Source: a virus
DNA: 64,000 bases
Virus record (IMG/VR): IMGVR_UViG_3300027747_004524
Span: 32,001 to 96,000 of that record
Strand: one strand, 5' to 3'
Shown: piece by piece, positions 38,823 through 47,729 of the stretch
How positions within the stretch are numbered: the stretch's first letter is position 1
Layout of the letters: each line of letters opens with the position of its first letter
Notes under the pieces: generated by a model
What the model saw: only the letters and a program-made list of their open reading frames with translations
What the model was told of the DNA's origin: nothing
The model's database searches: none
Position numbers and translations under genes: made by a program

Positions 38823-39314
38823 ATGAAACCTTGTTTTTTTGCTTTGATGATTGCCCTGACTACTCAGGTTCTTGCTGCTGATTCGACTTCTCTTACCACT
38901 CCTGACAATACCAAGAGTATTCTGACAACCGAGCAAGCTCAGACCGCTCAGGCCGCCCCTGCACAGCAAACCACTGCATCGGCACAGCCTTGTGCTTGTA
39001 CCTCTAAATGCAGTTGCAATGCTCCTACCCTCTCTTATAGGGGCAAGGACAAGATTGCTCCATGTGCTGTCCAAAAGGCGGGTTGTCTGTCTTTCTGTGA
39101 GAAGAGCACAGACGCTTGCTGCAACACAACCTCGCAGAGAGTTAGTGTCGAGGTTCCTATTTGTGCTCCTGCTTGCCCAACTAAGGAGTCTGTTACCAGA
39201 AGCCGAAACGGAAAGAGAGCCGTGTACGACTACGGCAGATATGAAGCCGTTCTTCGTGCAGATGATTCTGGTAACGTAGAAGTCAGATATAGAAAGAGAT
39301 TGTTGGACCGATAG
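38823..39314 (+). CDS. Secreted Cys-rich protein
   Basis: Signal peptide; VEVPICAPAC..YDYGRYE; followed by terminator. Confidence 0.8.
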   Translation: MKPCFFALMIALTTQVLAADSTSLTTPDNTKSILTTEQAQTAQAAPAQQTTASAQPCACTSKCSCNAPTLSYRGKDKIAPCAVQKAGCLSFCEKSTDACCNTTSQRVSVEVPICAPACPTKESVTRSRNGKRAVYDYGRYEAVLRADDSGNVEVRYRKRLLDR

Positions 39315-39339
39315 TTCCAACAATACTATTAATTGAAGT

Positions 39340-39373
39340 AAGCAGGCCATGGGAAACCATGGCCTGCTTTTTT
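39340..39373. terminator. Intrinsic terminator between convergent genes
   Basis: AGCAGGCCATGG-GAAA-CCATGGCCTGCT-TTTT. Confidence 0.88.
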
Positions 39374-39776
39374 ATGTGCTTACACAGACTTTTACACATC
39401 CACCACTGCCGCTTCCACCACCACCACCACCACCACCACCACCACCACTACCACTACCATCGCCTTGGGAGCTTATTACAGTTGAGTATTCTTTTCCTGG
39501 TTGAGGTCTGCAACTTGATGGCGAGTTTTCACCACCACCAGAACCGGGATCACCATATCCATTACATCCAAATGATATTGTAACTTTTACATTGCCTTTA
39601 TTTGAAGACCAAGAAGGTGTTTGTGTAACCGATTTAGAGGGTACACATTCTCCGCTGTTGTTGCCTCCATTGTCTCCATTACCTCCGCCTTTACACGGTC
39701 TTTTAGACGGAGAGCATGATGATTGGCTCTTTAGTTGATTGTTCCAAGTTATTCTCTCTAGAAACTTAACGTCCAC
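39372..39776 (-). CDS. Gly/Ser/Cys-rich small late protein
   Basis: AAGGAGA RBS, GTG start, TAAATA on minus strand at 39793-39798; poly-Gly tract. Confidence 0.7.
   Translation of the reverse strand: MDVKFLERITWNNQLKSQSSCSPSKRPCKGGGNGDNGGNNSGECVPSKSVTQTPSWSSNKGNVKVTISFGCNGYGDPGSGGGENSPSSCRPQPGKEYSTVISSQGDGSGSGGGGGGGGGGGSGSGGCVKVCVST
39415..39447. repeat. (CCA)11 trinucleotide tract
   Basis: Uninterrupted CCA run encoding poly-Gly on the minus strand. Confidence 0.9.
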
Positions 39777-39823
39777 ATTATCTCCTTTGTTCTATTTATG
39801 TAGAAACTAAGGAGATGTTAAAG

Positions 39824-39896
39824 AGCCGATGGTCGGAGTCGAACCGACGACAGGCAGTTTACAAAACTGCTACTCTACCAACTGAGTTACATCGGC
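39824..39896 (-). tRNA. tRNA-Thr(UGU), no encoded CCA
   Basis: GCCGATG/CATCGGC acceptor, GCAGT-TTTGTAA-ACTGC anticodon arm, GGTTCGACTCC T arm. Confidence 0.95.
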
Positions 39897-40072
39897 ATAA
39901 GCGTTTCGTATTCTCGATCTTGAGAAATTGTGAAAACCAAGATGTCTTAGATTATACCACCTTTTTGACGCTGACACAATTCTTCTTCGCTTTTGTCAAA
40001 AAGGTGGTAAAAACGCCTAAATATAGATAGTGGGCATGTACCCAATTTTAAAACAACAACATTACCTTAACA

Positions 40073-40903
40073 ATGAATAATTCAACCACACTAATCGTCG
40101 CAACTTGGGCTCGTCAAGATTCGCTGGATATTTCCAAAAGTATGTTGGTTAGATCTTTTAAGAAACATAATCCTTTAGATTCTATTTATCATATTCATTT
40201 TAATCGTATCAACTACGCAGCATTAGAGCTAGAGTTTGCTGGTAAGTATGGGTATCAATTTGAGTTCATACTTTATAGAATTTTTCTTCTTAGAGATGCT
40301 TTGAAAAAGGCCTACTTAAAAGAAGACTTTGAAAGAGTTGTTTTTTGCGACACATCAGATGTGATTTGCCAGGGTTCTATTCAAGATATACCTAACAGTT
40401 TCGACTTGGATTCTTATGTGATATTCGGAGCAGAAAAGAATCAATGGCCCGGTGTAGAGGCAAAGAAACAATGGGCTAACTATAACGATTATTCTTCTTT
40501 TGATCTTAATAATCGTTATTTCATTAATGCTGGGGTTGTTTTGTCTAAACTCGAATTATTCATTGACTTATTGGATCAATGTGTTTATAAGGCGCTTCCT
40601 ACATTCCCTCGTTCATTAAATACTCTTGCTTATGCTGGAGATCAAGGCGTTTACACATATTATTACAACAACTTGAATTCTAAAGCAGTAACTCCTAAAA
40701 TAAAATTAGATTATGGTAATTTTTTGGCACTCAATACGTTTTCAACATCTTTGGACGATTACTACTTTCACAATGAAAAGGTTTACTCAAATCATACTGG
40801 GGTCGCACCAGTTTTTGTGCATGATAATGGTTGCAATCACCATGGGAGCCCAAGACTCACTCAGGTGTTCAATCTAAACAAATTGTACGAGGATGAAACA
40901 TGA
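40073..40903 (+). CDS. PLOD/LH3-type GT-A glycosyltransferase domain
   Basis: FCDTSDV, FGAEKNQWP, FINAG, DQG, KLDY, PVFVHDNG; TAAATA 40018-40023. Confidence 0.7.
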   Translation: MNNSTTLIVATWARQDSLDISKSMLVRSFKKHNPLDSIYHIHFNRINYAALELEFAGKYGYQFEFILYRIFLLRDALKKAYLKEDFERVVFCDTSDVICQGSIQDIPNSFDLDSYVIFGAEKNQWPGVEAKKQWANYNDYSSFDLNNRYFINAGVVLSKLELFIDLLDQCVYKALPTFPRSLNTLAYAGDQGVYTYYYNNLNSKAVTPKIKLDYGNFLALNTFSTSLDDYYFHNEKVYSNHTGVAPVFVHDNGCNHHGSPRLTQVFNLNKLYEDET

Positions 40904-41133
40904 ATGTTTGGCTTAAGTTCAATAGAGCCAGAAAGATAGCAGAGTTCTTACAAAAAAAGTACTTTGATATGCACTACGGCGATCCAGATGACCCCTTAGA
41001 ATTTAAAATTCTAGAAGATCTTTGGAGTCATCCTCTGCACACCGTAGATATGTCTCTAAATATAGTTTGGGACGATAGAGATCGTCTTGTTTGGCTTCAG
41101 GTAGGAGTGAGAGAAGGATCGGTCCCCAGATAA
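40900..41133 (+). CDS. Hypothetical protein
   Basis: ATGA overlap. Confidence 0.65.
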   Translation: MNVWLKFNRARKIAEFLQKKYFDMHYGDPDDPLEFKILEDLWSHPLHTVDMSLNIVWDDRDRLVWLQVGVREGSVPR

Positions 41134-41226
41134 GGCTTTGACGCATCCGCCATGTGTGGAAGGCGATCTTGGGTCGTCAATTTTGGCGACCCTTGCATTT
41201 TTATTGTTTTGTGCTAAATTTGGTGC

Positions 41227-41484
41227 ATGGAAAAAGAGTTAATAGATCAATTTATCCGTAGATTTGCCTACGGAAAAGAAATTAAGCAAATAGATTCTTT
41301 TGGAGCCCATAGTGGGTCTCCTTTTTACTTCTATTGCGAAGATTGTGGTATACCTACTGAAGCTTTCCCCGAACAACCAATAGTCGATCCCATCAAATCA
41401 TGCAGCCAATGCGTTTTCCTTTCTGAAAAAAGAATGCTAGATCAAGCAAAAGCAGTGGCAAAAAAGTTTTTTGGTTTTGAGTAG
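41227..41484 (+). CDS. Small zinc-binding hypothetical protein
   Basis: CEDC and CSQC. Confidence 0.65.
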   Translation: MEKELIDQFIRRFAYGKEIKQIDSFGAHSGSPFYFYCEDCGIPTEAFPEQPIVDPIKSCSQCVFLSEKRMLDQAKAVAKKFFGFE

Positions 41485-41492
41485 GTGCTAAA

Positions 41493-41687
41493 TTGGAAGA
41501 GAAGTCTTTGTCTGAAATTTCGGCTGTTTTTTCTTTGGTTCTTCTGATTTTGATTTTTGCTTTTCCTATGAACTTTTTGTGGAACAGCGTTTTGTTGGAC
41601 CTATTTGGTCTTTCTCCTTCTACGTATTGGAAAATGGTGGGCCTTAGTTTCTTTGTGTATTTTTTTTCTAAGATAGCTAGGGCTTGA
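41493..41687 (+). CDS. Small two-TM membrane protein
   Basis: TTG start after AGGTG; hydrophobic. Confidence 0.55.
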   Translation: MEEKSLSEISAVFSLVLLILIFAFPMNFLWNSVLLDLFGLSPSTYWKMVGLSFFVYFFSKIARA

Positions 41688-41712
41688 CAAAACACTCTAT
41701 TTTTTTTATGAT
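41684..41712 (+). promoter_or_regulatory. Sigma70-like early promoter
   Basis: TTGACA-17 nt-TATGAT. Confidence 0.75.
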
Positions 41713-41749
41713 TGAATTAGTTCGGAAACTTTGCACGAAAGGAAACAAA

Positions 41750-41986
41750 ATGACAAGTAACATTTTCTGGCAGCAGAAGGATTCCAAGACCTGCTGCAAC
41801 TCTAACACCACAGCTCAGCTGGACGCTTCTTCTGAGATTAGTGCAACCAGCGGGGGTTGCTGCTCAATGTCTTCCTCAAAAGAAGACATTATTAGAGAAA
41901 GAGCATATTTTCTTTGGGAAGAAGCCGGTCGTCCCGAAGGAGATGGAATCGATTTTTGGATCGAAGCAGAGAAACAGTTTGTCTGA
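41750..41986 (+). CDS. DUF2934-domain protein with Cys-rich N-terminus
   Basis: IRERAYFLWEEAGRPEGDGIDFWIEAE. Confidence 0.8.
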   Translation: MTSNIFWQQKDSKTCCNSNTTAQLDASSEISATSGGCCSMSSSKEDIIRERAYFLWEEAGRPEGDGIDFWIEAEKQFV

Positions 41987-42010
41987 TTTTCTATAAAACT
42001 CACTGTTTGA

Positions 42011-42048
42011 AAATAGGATAGGAACATAGTTCCTGTCCTATTTTTTTT
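42011..42048. terminator. Intrinsic terminator
   Basis: ATAGGATAGGAAC-ATA-GTTCCTGTCCTAT-T8. Confidence 0.8.
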
Positions 42049-42142
42049 GATCCTTTCATGTGCTTAGGAACGTAGGGGCAATTTCTGCACCTGTTCCCAC
42101 AACATTGTTTTCTTGACGCCAATTCTTCTCTGGACATTGGCT

Positions 42143-42502
42143 TTATTTCTTTATGTGCTTTATGCTCCATGGTTCTCCTTCACCGTTGTTTGCTGCAAAA
42201 TTGCTGTTCTTTTTAAGATGGCTTGGTTCTCCTTTTATGTGTTTTATATTCCATCTTCCACCTTCTCCGCTGTTCATTCTTTTCGGTGGGCTTCCTGGTA
42301 TGTGCGTTATGTCGAATTGTCCTCCATCATTATTCTTAAATATTCTCTCGTCAATTGACATATAAAATATTGCATCTGCACTTCTTGTGGGATACCACTG
42401 TGGAGGATACAAGCCTATCCCACCATAACCTAATGGATATAGCCCTGTTTTTGCACCAGCGTTGGTTCCTTCGCTAATTAACCAATCTTTGAACTTTAAC
42501 AT
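42143..42502 (-). CDS. Hypothetical protein with capsid-targeting-like N-terminus and WxIxHI repeats
   Basis: MLKFKDWLISE; TAAATA on minus strand at 42508-42513. Confidence 0.75.
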   Translation of the reverse strand: MLKFKDWLISEGTNAGAKTGLYPLGYGGIGLYPPQWYPTRSADAIFYMSIDERIFKNNDGGQFDITHIPGSPPKRMNSGEGGRWNIKHIKGEPSHLKKNSNFAANNGEGEPWSIKHIKK

Positions 42503-42595
42503 ATTTTTATTTAGTCATTCTTTCCTAAATATGATTAGAATTTTTGACTCTCTTGATCGATTCTTGTATATTATTACCTATCGAAAGGTTAGCTT

Positions 42596-43207
42596 ATGGT
42601 TGGTACTATCCAACAATCGAAAGTTTTAGTTCTGAATAGGTCGTGGCTTGCTATAGGGATAACCACTTTAGAGGTTGCCATAGCCCGCGTCATGTCCGTT
42701 TACGCAGACGGAACTCCTAAGGCAAAAATCGTTGATCCTGTAAATGATTTTAGATCTTTTGATTGGACTGATTGGACAAAAATGAGACCGACTGCTGGTG
42801 AAAAAGGTATAAGAACTGTGAACTACGTTCTTAGAGTACCTGAGGTGATACAATTTACAAAATATGACAAGATGCCATCTAGAAAAATACATTACAACCG
42901 AAGAACAATTTACTTAAGAGATAACAACCAATGTCAATATTGCTCTTCAAAGAACGATCTTTCATTGGACCACATTATCCCTAGATGCCAAGGTGGATTG
43001 ACTACATGGGATAATATTGTTGTTGCCTGTGTTAAATGCAATCTCAAAAAGGCCGGAAGAACCCCTCAGGAAGCAGGCATGAAACTTTTAAAAGTTCCAT
43101 CAAAGCCTAAATCCAATCTTTTTGTGACTACTGTAAAAGTTAAGTCCTGGGAAGCATTTTTAGGCGAAGCATACTGGATGACGGAACTAGACCACGACCA
43201 CGATTGA
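42596..43207 (+). CDS. HNH endonuclease (McrA-like)
   Basis: VLVLN, CQYC, LDHIIPR..GG, ACVKCN. Confidence 0.9.
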   Translation: MVGTIQQSKVLVLNRSWLAIGITTLEVAIARVMSVYADGTPKAKIVDPVNDFRSFDWTDWTKMRPTAGEKGIRTVNYVLRVPEVIQFTKYDKMPSRKIHYNRRTIYLRDNNQCQYCSSKNDLSLDHIIPRCQGGLTTWDNIVVACVKCNLKKAGRTPQEAGMKLLKVPSKPKSNLFVTTVKVKSWEAFLGEAYWMTELDHDHD

Positions 43208-43773
43208 ATAATAAAATGACACCGGCACCAATTTATACATTTTTAGTTAATAACATAGATTATGAGATCATATACTCTCAGCCACTTCCTAGTAGTATAG
43301 AGAATGTGATAGGCAATCTTAACGAACAAGCCGTTTATGTACCTTACATAAACAAGCCATTAAAGAATGGCGATGCTTTTACTCTTTATGGCAAGAGGGC
43401 ACAAATAGTTTATGATATGTTCATTGGTAAACGTCCAAAGATTTTGGAACTTTTAGCCACAACAGATCATATTCCTACCTTGATAACAAAAGATTTAGAG
43501 TTTGATAAGGTTTCTTTGCCTATAAAATCTGCTATTTCTTCTAGCTATAAAGCCACCATAATAAATCGTTCTAGTCGTGAGGCTTTCTTTATTACAAAGG
43601 CATTTGACTCAAATGGTGATTCTATAAACATTTCTTTGAGCTCAAACGAGAGTTTAGACCCTTCTTCTCCTTCTGAATCGTTCTCCGTAAGTGTAGTTGG
43701 TGGAGCTATTTTAGAGCTAAAACTTCAAGCTTCTGAAAAGTTCTATTTCACATACAATGAACTAACTTTTTAA
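43204..43773 (+). CDS. Hypothetical protein
   Basis: 189-aa ORF in operon. Confidence 0.7.
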   Translation: MNNKMTPAPIYTFLVNNIDYEIIYSQPLPSSIENVIGNLNEQAVYVPYINKPLKNGDAFTLYGKRAQIVYDMFIGKRPKILELLATTDHIPTLITKDLEFDKVSLPIKSAISSSYKATIINRSSREAFFITKAFDSNGDSINISLSSNESLDPSSPSESFSVSVVGGAILELKLQASEKFYFTYNELTF

Positions 43774-44282
43774 TGACTTCTTTAGAAACCAACGTTAAAG
43801 ATTGTTTCATAATCTCTCCTAATAGGATTCGAGATGACAGGGGGTTTTTTCAAGAAACCTTTGAAAAAGAAAAATACAGTTTTTTACCTGACTTAAATTG
43901 GGTTCAATCTAATTGGTCTTCGAGTAAAAAAAATGTTTTAAGAGGCATTCATTGTGCTTCATATTCTAAATTGGTTACTTGCGTTAAGGGTTCTGTGTGG
44001 GACGTTGTTATCGACTTAAGAAGAGATTCGTTTAGCTTTAAGGAGTTTTTCTTTGCCGAGTTAAGCGAATCAAATGGCAGACAGATTTATGTCCCCAAAG
44101 GTTGTGGTCATGGTTTTCTTTCTCTAGAAGACGAATCTTGTGTATTTTATCTTCAATCTGGTCTTTACTCTGTTTTAGGAGAAGAAACTTTTAAGTACGA
44201 TAGTTTTGGTGTTGACTGGCCTAAGAATGGCGAATATATTTTGTCTGAGCGTGATTCTCTAGCAAACCCTTTTAAAGATTAA
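43773..44282 (+). CDS. rmlC: dTDP-4-dehydrorhamnose 3,5-epimerase
   Basis: DDRGFFQE, NVLRGIH, DVVIDLR, VPKGCGHGF. Confidence 0.92.
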   Translation: MTSLETNVKDCFIISPNRIRDDRGFFQETFEKEKYSFLPDLNWVQSNWSSSKKNVLRGIHCASYSKLVTCVKGSVWDVVIDLRRDSFSFKEFFFAELSESNGRQIYVPKGCGHGFLSLEDESCVFYLQSGLYSVLGEETFKYDSFGVDWPKNGEYILSERDSLANPFKD

Positions 44283-44285
44283 AAT

Positions 44286-45461
44286 ATGTGGTCCGCTATT
44301 TTTGCTTTTTTTGCTTCTTTGGTAGGCGTATGGGCAATATTTAAGTACGTACTTCTTATAGAAGTTAGAATAGACACTAATACTTTTAAGACTCTCTATG
44401 AGCTTTGCAAAGAAGAAAAAAAAATAATTCTTCATGAAGAGCTCACCATGGAGAATAGGCATCCTGTGTCTTTTGCGGCATTCTGCTTTTTTAAGGGGGC
44501 CCCATGGTTCTACATAGACAGAAATGAACGACTCATGCAGGCCGGTTGGAATGGAAAAGATCATGTAACCAATGTTACCTGCCTTCGATGGAAATACAAA
44601 CTTCTTAAGAACTACTTTAACCAAAAAATAAAAGACATGCAGCTAGAAGCTCTTGGTGTGCCTGTTGAGCTGATGCTTCCTTATGGGACTGATAAAATAG
44701 GTTCTATTAAGAAGAGTTATCCTGAGCCCGTTGTAGAAGATCATCTTTGGAAAGACTTTGAAAAAGAAGTAGAAGAGGTTTCACAAGGTGCTAGAAACAA
44801 AACTAGTGCTTTGCTATATGGCTTGCCAGGTAACGGGAAAACTAGCTTTGTTAAGCATCTAGCAACAAAGCACAGGTTGCCGATAATGATTTTCACTTTA
44901 GACCCAGAATGGAACAATCATGATCTACTCCTGTTGTTTTCTCAGATACCTAAAAGATGTATTGTTTTATTTGAAGATTTTGATAATTATTTTGATAAAA
45001 GAAAATGTATCATGGGCGGTGAGAACAAGTTTGTTAAGTTTACCTTTGATATTATATTGAATGGTCTAGATGGAGTTTATACAACTCATGAGAACGTAGT
45101 CTTTGTGATGACCGTTAATGATATATCTAAAGTTGATTCTGCTTTAAGAAACAGACCTTCTCGCTTTAAGTACACAAGACATTTTGATAACCCCCCAATC
45201 GAAGTTAGGAAAAAAATTCTTCCTGATGATTGGGCAAATTCCACCGAAGGTCTAAACCTAGACCAAGTTTTTAGAATGGCAGAGTATAGAAAAAGAGGTC
45301 TCTCAGTTGTTGACTCTTTGAACATGTTGGAAAAGGAACTGAACAAAAGCGATATAGAAGCTATAGCTTACGAACGTTTCAAGCACAGAGAATCACTATC
45401 CATAGAAGGATCTGCTGAAGAAGATTGGGATTACGCAATCGACTTTCTTAAATCAAAGTAA
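44286..45461 (+). CDS. BCS1-like AAA+ ATPase with N-terminal TM and DUF2934-like tail
   Basis: GLPGNGKT, FEDFD, LNGLDG, RPSRF; C-terminal IEAIAYERF..EEDWDYA. Confidence 0.8.
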   Translation: MWSAIFAFFASLVGVWAIFKYVLLIEVRIDTNTFKTLYELCKEEKKIILHEELTMENRHPVSFAAFCFFKGAPWFYIDRNERLMQAGWNGKDHVTNVTCLRWKYKLLKNYFNQKIKDMQLEALGVPVELMLPYGTDKIGSIKKSYPEPVVEDHLWKDFEKEVEEVSQGARNKTSALLYGLPGNGKTSFVKHLATKHRLPIMIFTLDPEWNNHDLLLLFSQIPKRCIVLFEDFDNYFDKRKCIMGGENKFVKFTFDIILNGLDGVYTTHENVVFVMTVNDISKVDSALRNRPSRFKYTRHFDNPPIEVRKKILPDDWANSTEGLNLDQVFRMAEYRKRGLSVVDSLNMLEKELNKSDIEAIAYERFKHRESLSIEGSAEEDWDYAIDFLKSK

Positions 45462-46353
45462 AGTCTATGAATTGGGTTTCTAAAATTTCTCTGGGGAATA
45501 AAGCACCAGATGCCAGTTCTGGTGTTTCGCTGTTCTTCCATTTGGATTTAATTCTTCTAAGTATCTCTGGCGTGTGAGTAAAAAACATTTCTATTGGTTG
45601 AGTTGTTACATGTTCCTTTATAATGCTAAATCCTGACTCCCTTATTATTTTTTTGTAAAAACTGATTGGATCTAGAATTTTTAAAGTCCTCATCTCTTCC
45701 AGACCCATGGAAATAAGCTCCTCCTCAGTAAATACCAAATGCAGATAAGCTTTGTTTAACTGCTTGTAGATATGTGTTCCATGTCTGCTTGACCATGGAT
45801 GAATTCTTAATATTACTTTTCCTGTTTGTGGTTTTTTAACGCTTTGTATCTTTGCTAGTTCTTCTTTTGGATTCTTCGTGTGATCTAATACGTCATTAAC
45901 TAGAATTATGTCGAATGGGCCTAGCTTCTCTACATCTTCCCAATTGCTTGTAAGTGTGAGTTTGCTTGGTTTGTCGAAATGTTCCCATTCTTGGTTTTTT
46001 AAGTCATACCCGACTGATTGTTCTGCCTCTTGGTTTGCAACAACGTATGGTATGTGTCCCTCTCCACATCCAAAATCTAAAAAGCTTTTTTCTTTTAAGC
46101 TTTCTCCTATAAACTCCTCAACGATACCATTTGCTCTAGATATTTTGTCTTCTTCTGAATCTCCACATATTAGGTCTTTAGGAACTGCTTCTGGCCAAAT
46201 GCCAGACTTCGAAAGCATCCTAAGCTCGGTAATCTCAGAAAGCTTGTCCACCGGTTCTGGTATTACTCTATTTTCTTCATCTAGAAGTGTTTTAAGAAAG
46301 TCACTTATGTGATTTAAGGCTCTTATATACTCTTTAATGTTTTTTTGGTTCAT
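45448..46353 (-). CDS. Class I SAM-dependent methyltransferase
   Basis: LDFGCGEG, DIILVNDVLDH. Confidence 0.8.
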   Translation of the reverse strand: MNQKNIKEYIRALNHISDFLKTLLDEENRVIPEPVDKLSEITELRMLSKSGIWPEAVPKDLICGDSEEDKISRANGIVEEFIGESLKEKSFLDFGCGEGHIPYVVANQEAEQSVGYDLKNQEWEHFDKPSKLTLTSNWEDVEKLGPFDIILVNDVLDHTKNPKEELAKIQSVKKPQTGKVILRIHPWSSRHGTHIYKQLNKAYLHLVFTEEELISMGLEEMRTLKILDPISFYKKIIRESGFSIIKEHVTTQPIEMFFTHTPEILRRIKSKWKNSETPELASGALFPREILETQFIDFTLI

Positions 46354-46397
46354 TTTTACTCTCTTATAATATAAGAGTTATCCTAATTAATTTACAT

Positions 46398-47180
46398 ATG
46401 GAAGATAAAAAGAATACTATATCTAGAACTATAGAAAGAAAACAGTTTGATGGCGACGTTGAGATAATAGTGCCTTTTTACGGCAAACACTCTAACGTAA
46501 GCAAATTGTTGCAATCTATATTTAACAGCATCCACTCTAACCGGTATCTTATTACCTTGGTTGACGATGCTTCAAAGAACGACAACTACTACTCACAGAT
46601 TCAGAAAGCAAATCTACCCGGCGTTAGAATTCTTAGAAAAACCACTAACGGTGGTTTTGGATCAGCCGTTAATTTTGCCCTAAAAAATCCATTTAAATTT
46701 TCTGAACCTGAAAGGGTAATTCCGTATGTTGTCATAATGCACTCAGACGTTTTGCCTTCTTCTAAAGACTGGCTTTTTAATTTAGGATCTTCTTTAGAGA
46801 GAATGAAGGCAGACGGTGTTAAGATGGTTTCTCCTCTTACCGACAATCCTGTGGACCCAATAGAACGCTTGGTCTCTAAAACAATGAATCCGAATGAAGA
46901 CGATTTTGTTTTAACAGAAGAAGAATTTTTACCAATGTATTGTTCTATATGCCATAGAGACTTATTTAAGTATGTAAGTATTCCCGAGTTGCCGTCTCAT
47001 GTTGGTTTAGAAGCAAAAGAGTTCGCTCAAGGAATGAGAGCTAGAGGCTTTTTTCAAGGAGTTTGTTGTAAGAGCTGGGTTCACCATGAAGGAGGATCGA
47101 CATTAAAGCTGTTTGAGAAAAAAAGGCGTAGGCTCAATAATGTTGCCAAAAATCAAGGAACTGACGGCACAAACGTTTAA
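46398..47180 (+). CDS. GT2 family glycosyltransferase
   Basis: IIVPFY, LVDDAS, GFGSAVN, MHSDV, VHHEGG. Confidence 0.85.
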   Translation: MEDKKNTISRTIERKQFDGDVEIIVPFYGKHSNVSKLLQSIFNSIHSNRYLITLVDDASKNDNYYSQIQKANLPGVRILRKTTNGGFGSAVNFALKNPFKFSEPERVIPYVVIMHSDVLPSSKDWLFNLGSSLERMKADGVKMVSPLTDNPVDPIERLVSKTMNPNEDDFVLTEEEFLPMYCSICHRDLFKYVSIPELPSHVGLEAKEFAQGMRARGFFQGVCCKSWVHHEGGSTLKLFEKKRRRLNNVAKNQGTDGTNV

Positions 47181-47243
47181 TTCAGTTTCTATTTTTACTA
47201 TATAATTTAGTAATGGATTATTCATTCAAGGAGGATTTTTTCA

Positions 47244-47399
47244 ATGAAATGCAAAAAACCAGACGGAACCTATACGGTAGCTTCTATGAAGTACTACTAC
47301 CCACGTTGCAGTAGAATTCTTCAGTCTTTAGGCATTTGCAATGGTAAGGCTGGAGCATGGGTTGCAGCCGTAACTGTTTGTGCACAAAGACTCTTCTAA
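47244..47399 (+). CDS. 51-aa Cys-containing small protein (below the ORF-track cutoff)
   Basis: AAGGAGG RBS, ATG..TAA, downstream terminator. Confidence 0.7.
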   Translation: MKCKKPDGTYTVASMKYYYPRCSRILQSLGICNGKAGAWVAAVTVCAQRLF

Positions 47400-47420
47400 T
47401 GTTTCATAAAATTTGAACAC

Positions 47421-47460
47421 AAAAAAGGAGCCGCTGGGTAACCCCTGGCGGCTTTTTTTT
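47421..47460 (+). terminator. Intrinsic terminator
   Basis: AGCCGC..GCGGCT followed by T run. Confidence 0.7.
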
Positions 47461-47487
47461 GACAATTTTCTTTTTTCTTGGTACAAT
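47459..47487 (+). promoter_or_regulatory. Sigma70-like early promoter
   Basis: TTGACA-17 nt-TACAAT upstream of csrA. Confidence 0.8.
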
Positions 47488-47528
47488 TTTTTTGTTCCGA
47501 AACTTTCTTTCAACATGAAAGGGACTTT

Positions 47529-47729
47529 ATGTTGGTGCTTAGCAGAAAAAAGAATGAAAATATAGTTATTGGTGACGATGTAAAAGTTTATGTTGTAGAC
47601 ATTCGAGGCGACACTGTGAGGCTTGGCATAGTTGCACCCGACAATGTTCCGGTCCACAGAAACGAAGTTTACGAAGCAATCAAAGAACAACACTATGACC
47701 GCCCTTCAGCCCAAAGAAGAAGACATTAA
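47529..47729 (+). CDS. csrA: Carbon storage regulator CsrA (copy 1)
   Basis: MLVLSRKKNENIVIG..VRLGIVAP..VHRNEVY. Confidence 0.93.
   Translation: MLVLSRKKNENIVIGDDVKVYVVDIRGDTVRLGIVAPDNVPVHRNEVYEAIKEQHYDRPSAQRRRH

Noticed and set aside
39359-39583. Plus-strand poly-His ORF
   Set aside because: Shadow of the (CCA)n tract. The minus-strand ORF has the RBS and late motif, and this one starts inside a terminator.
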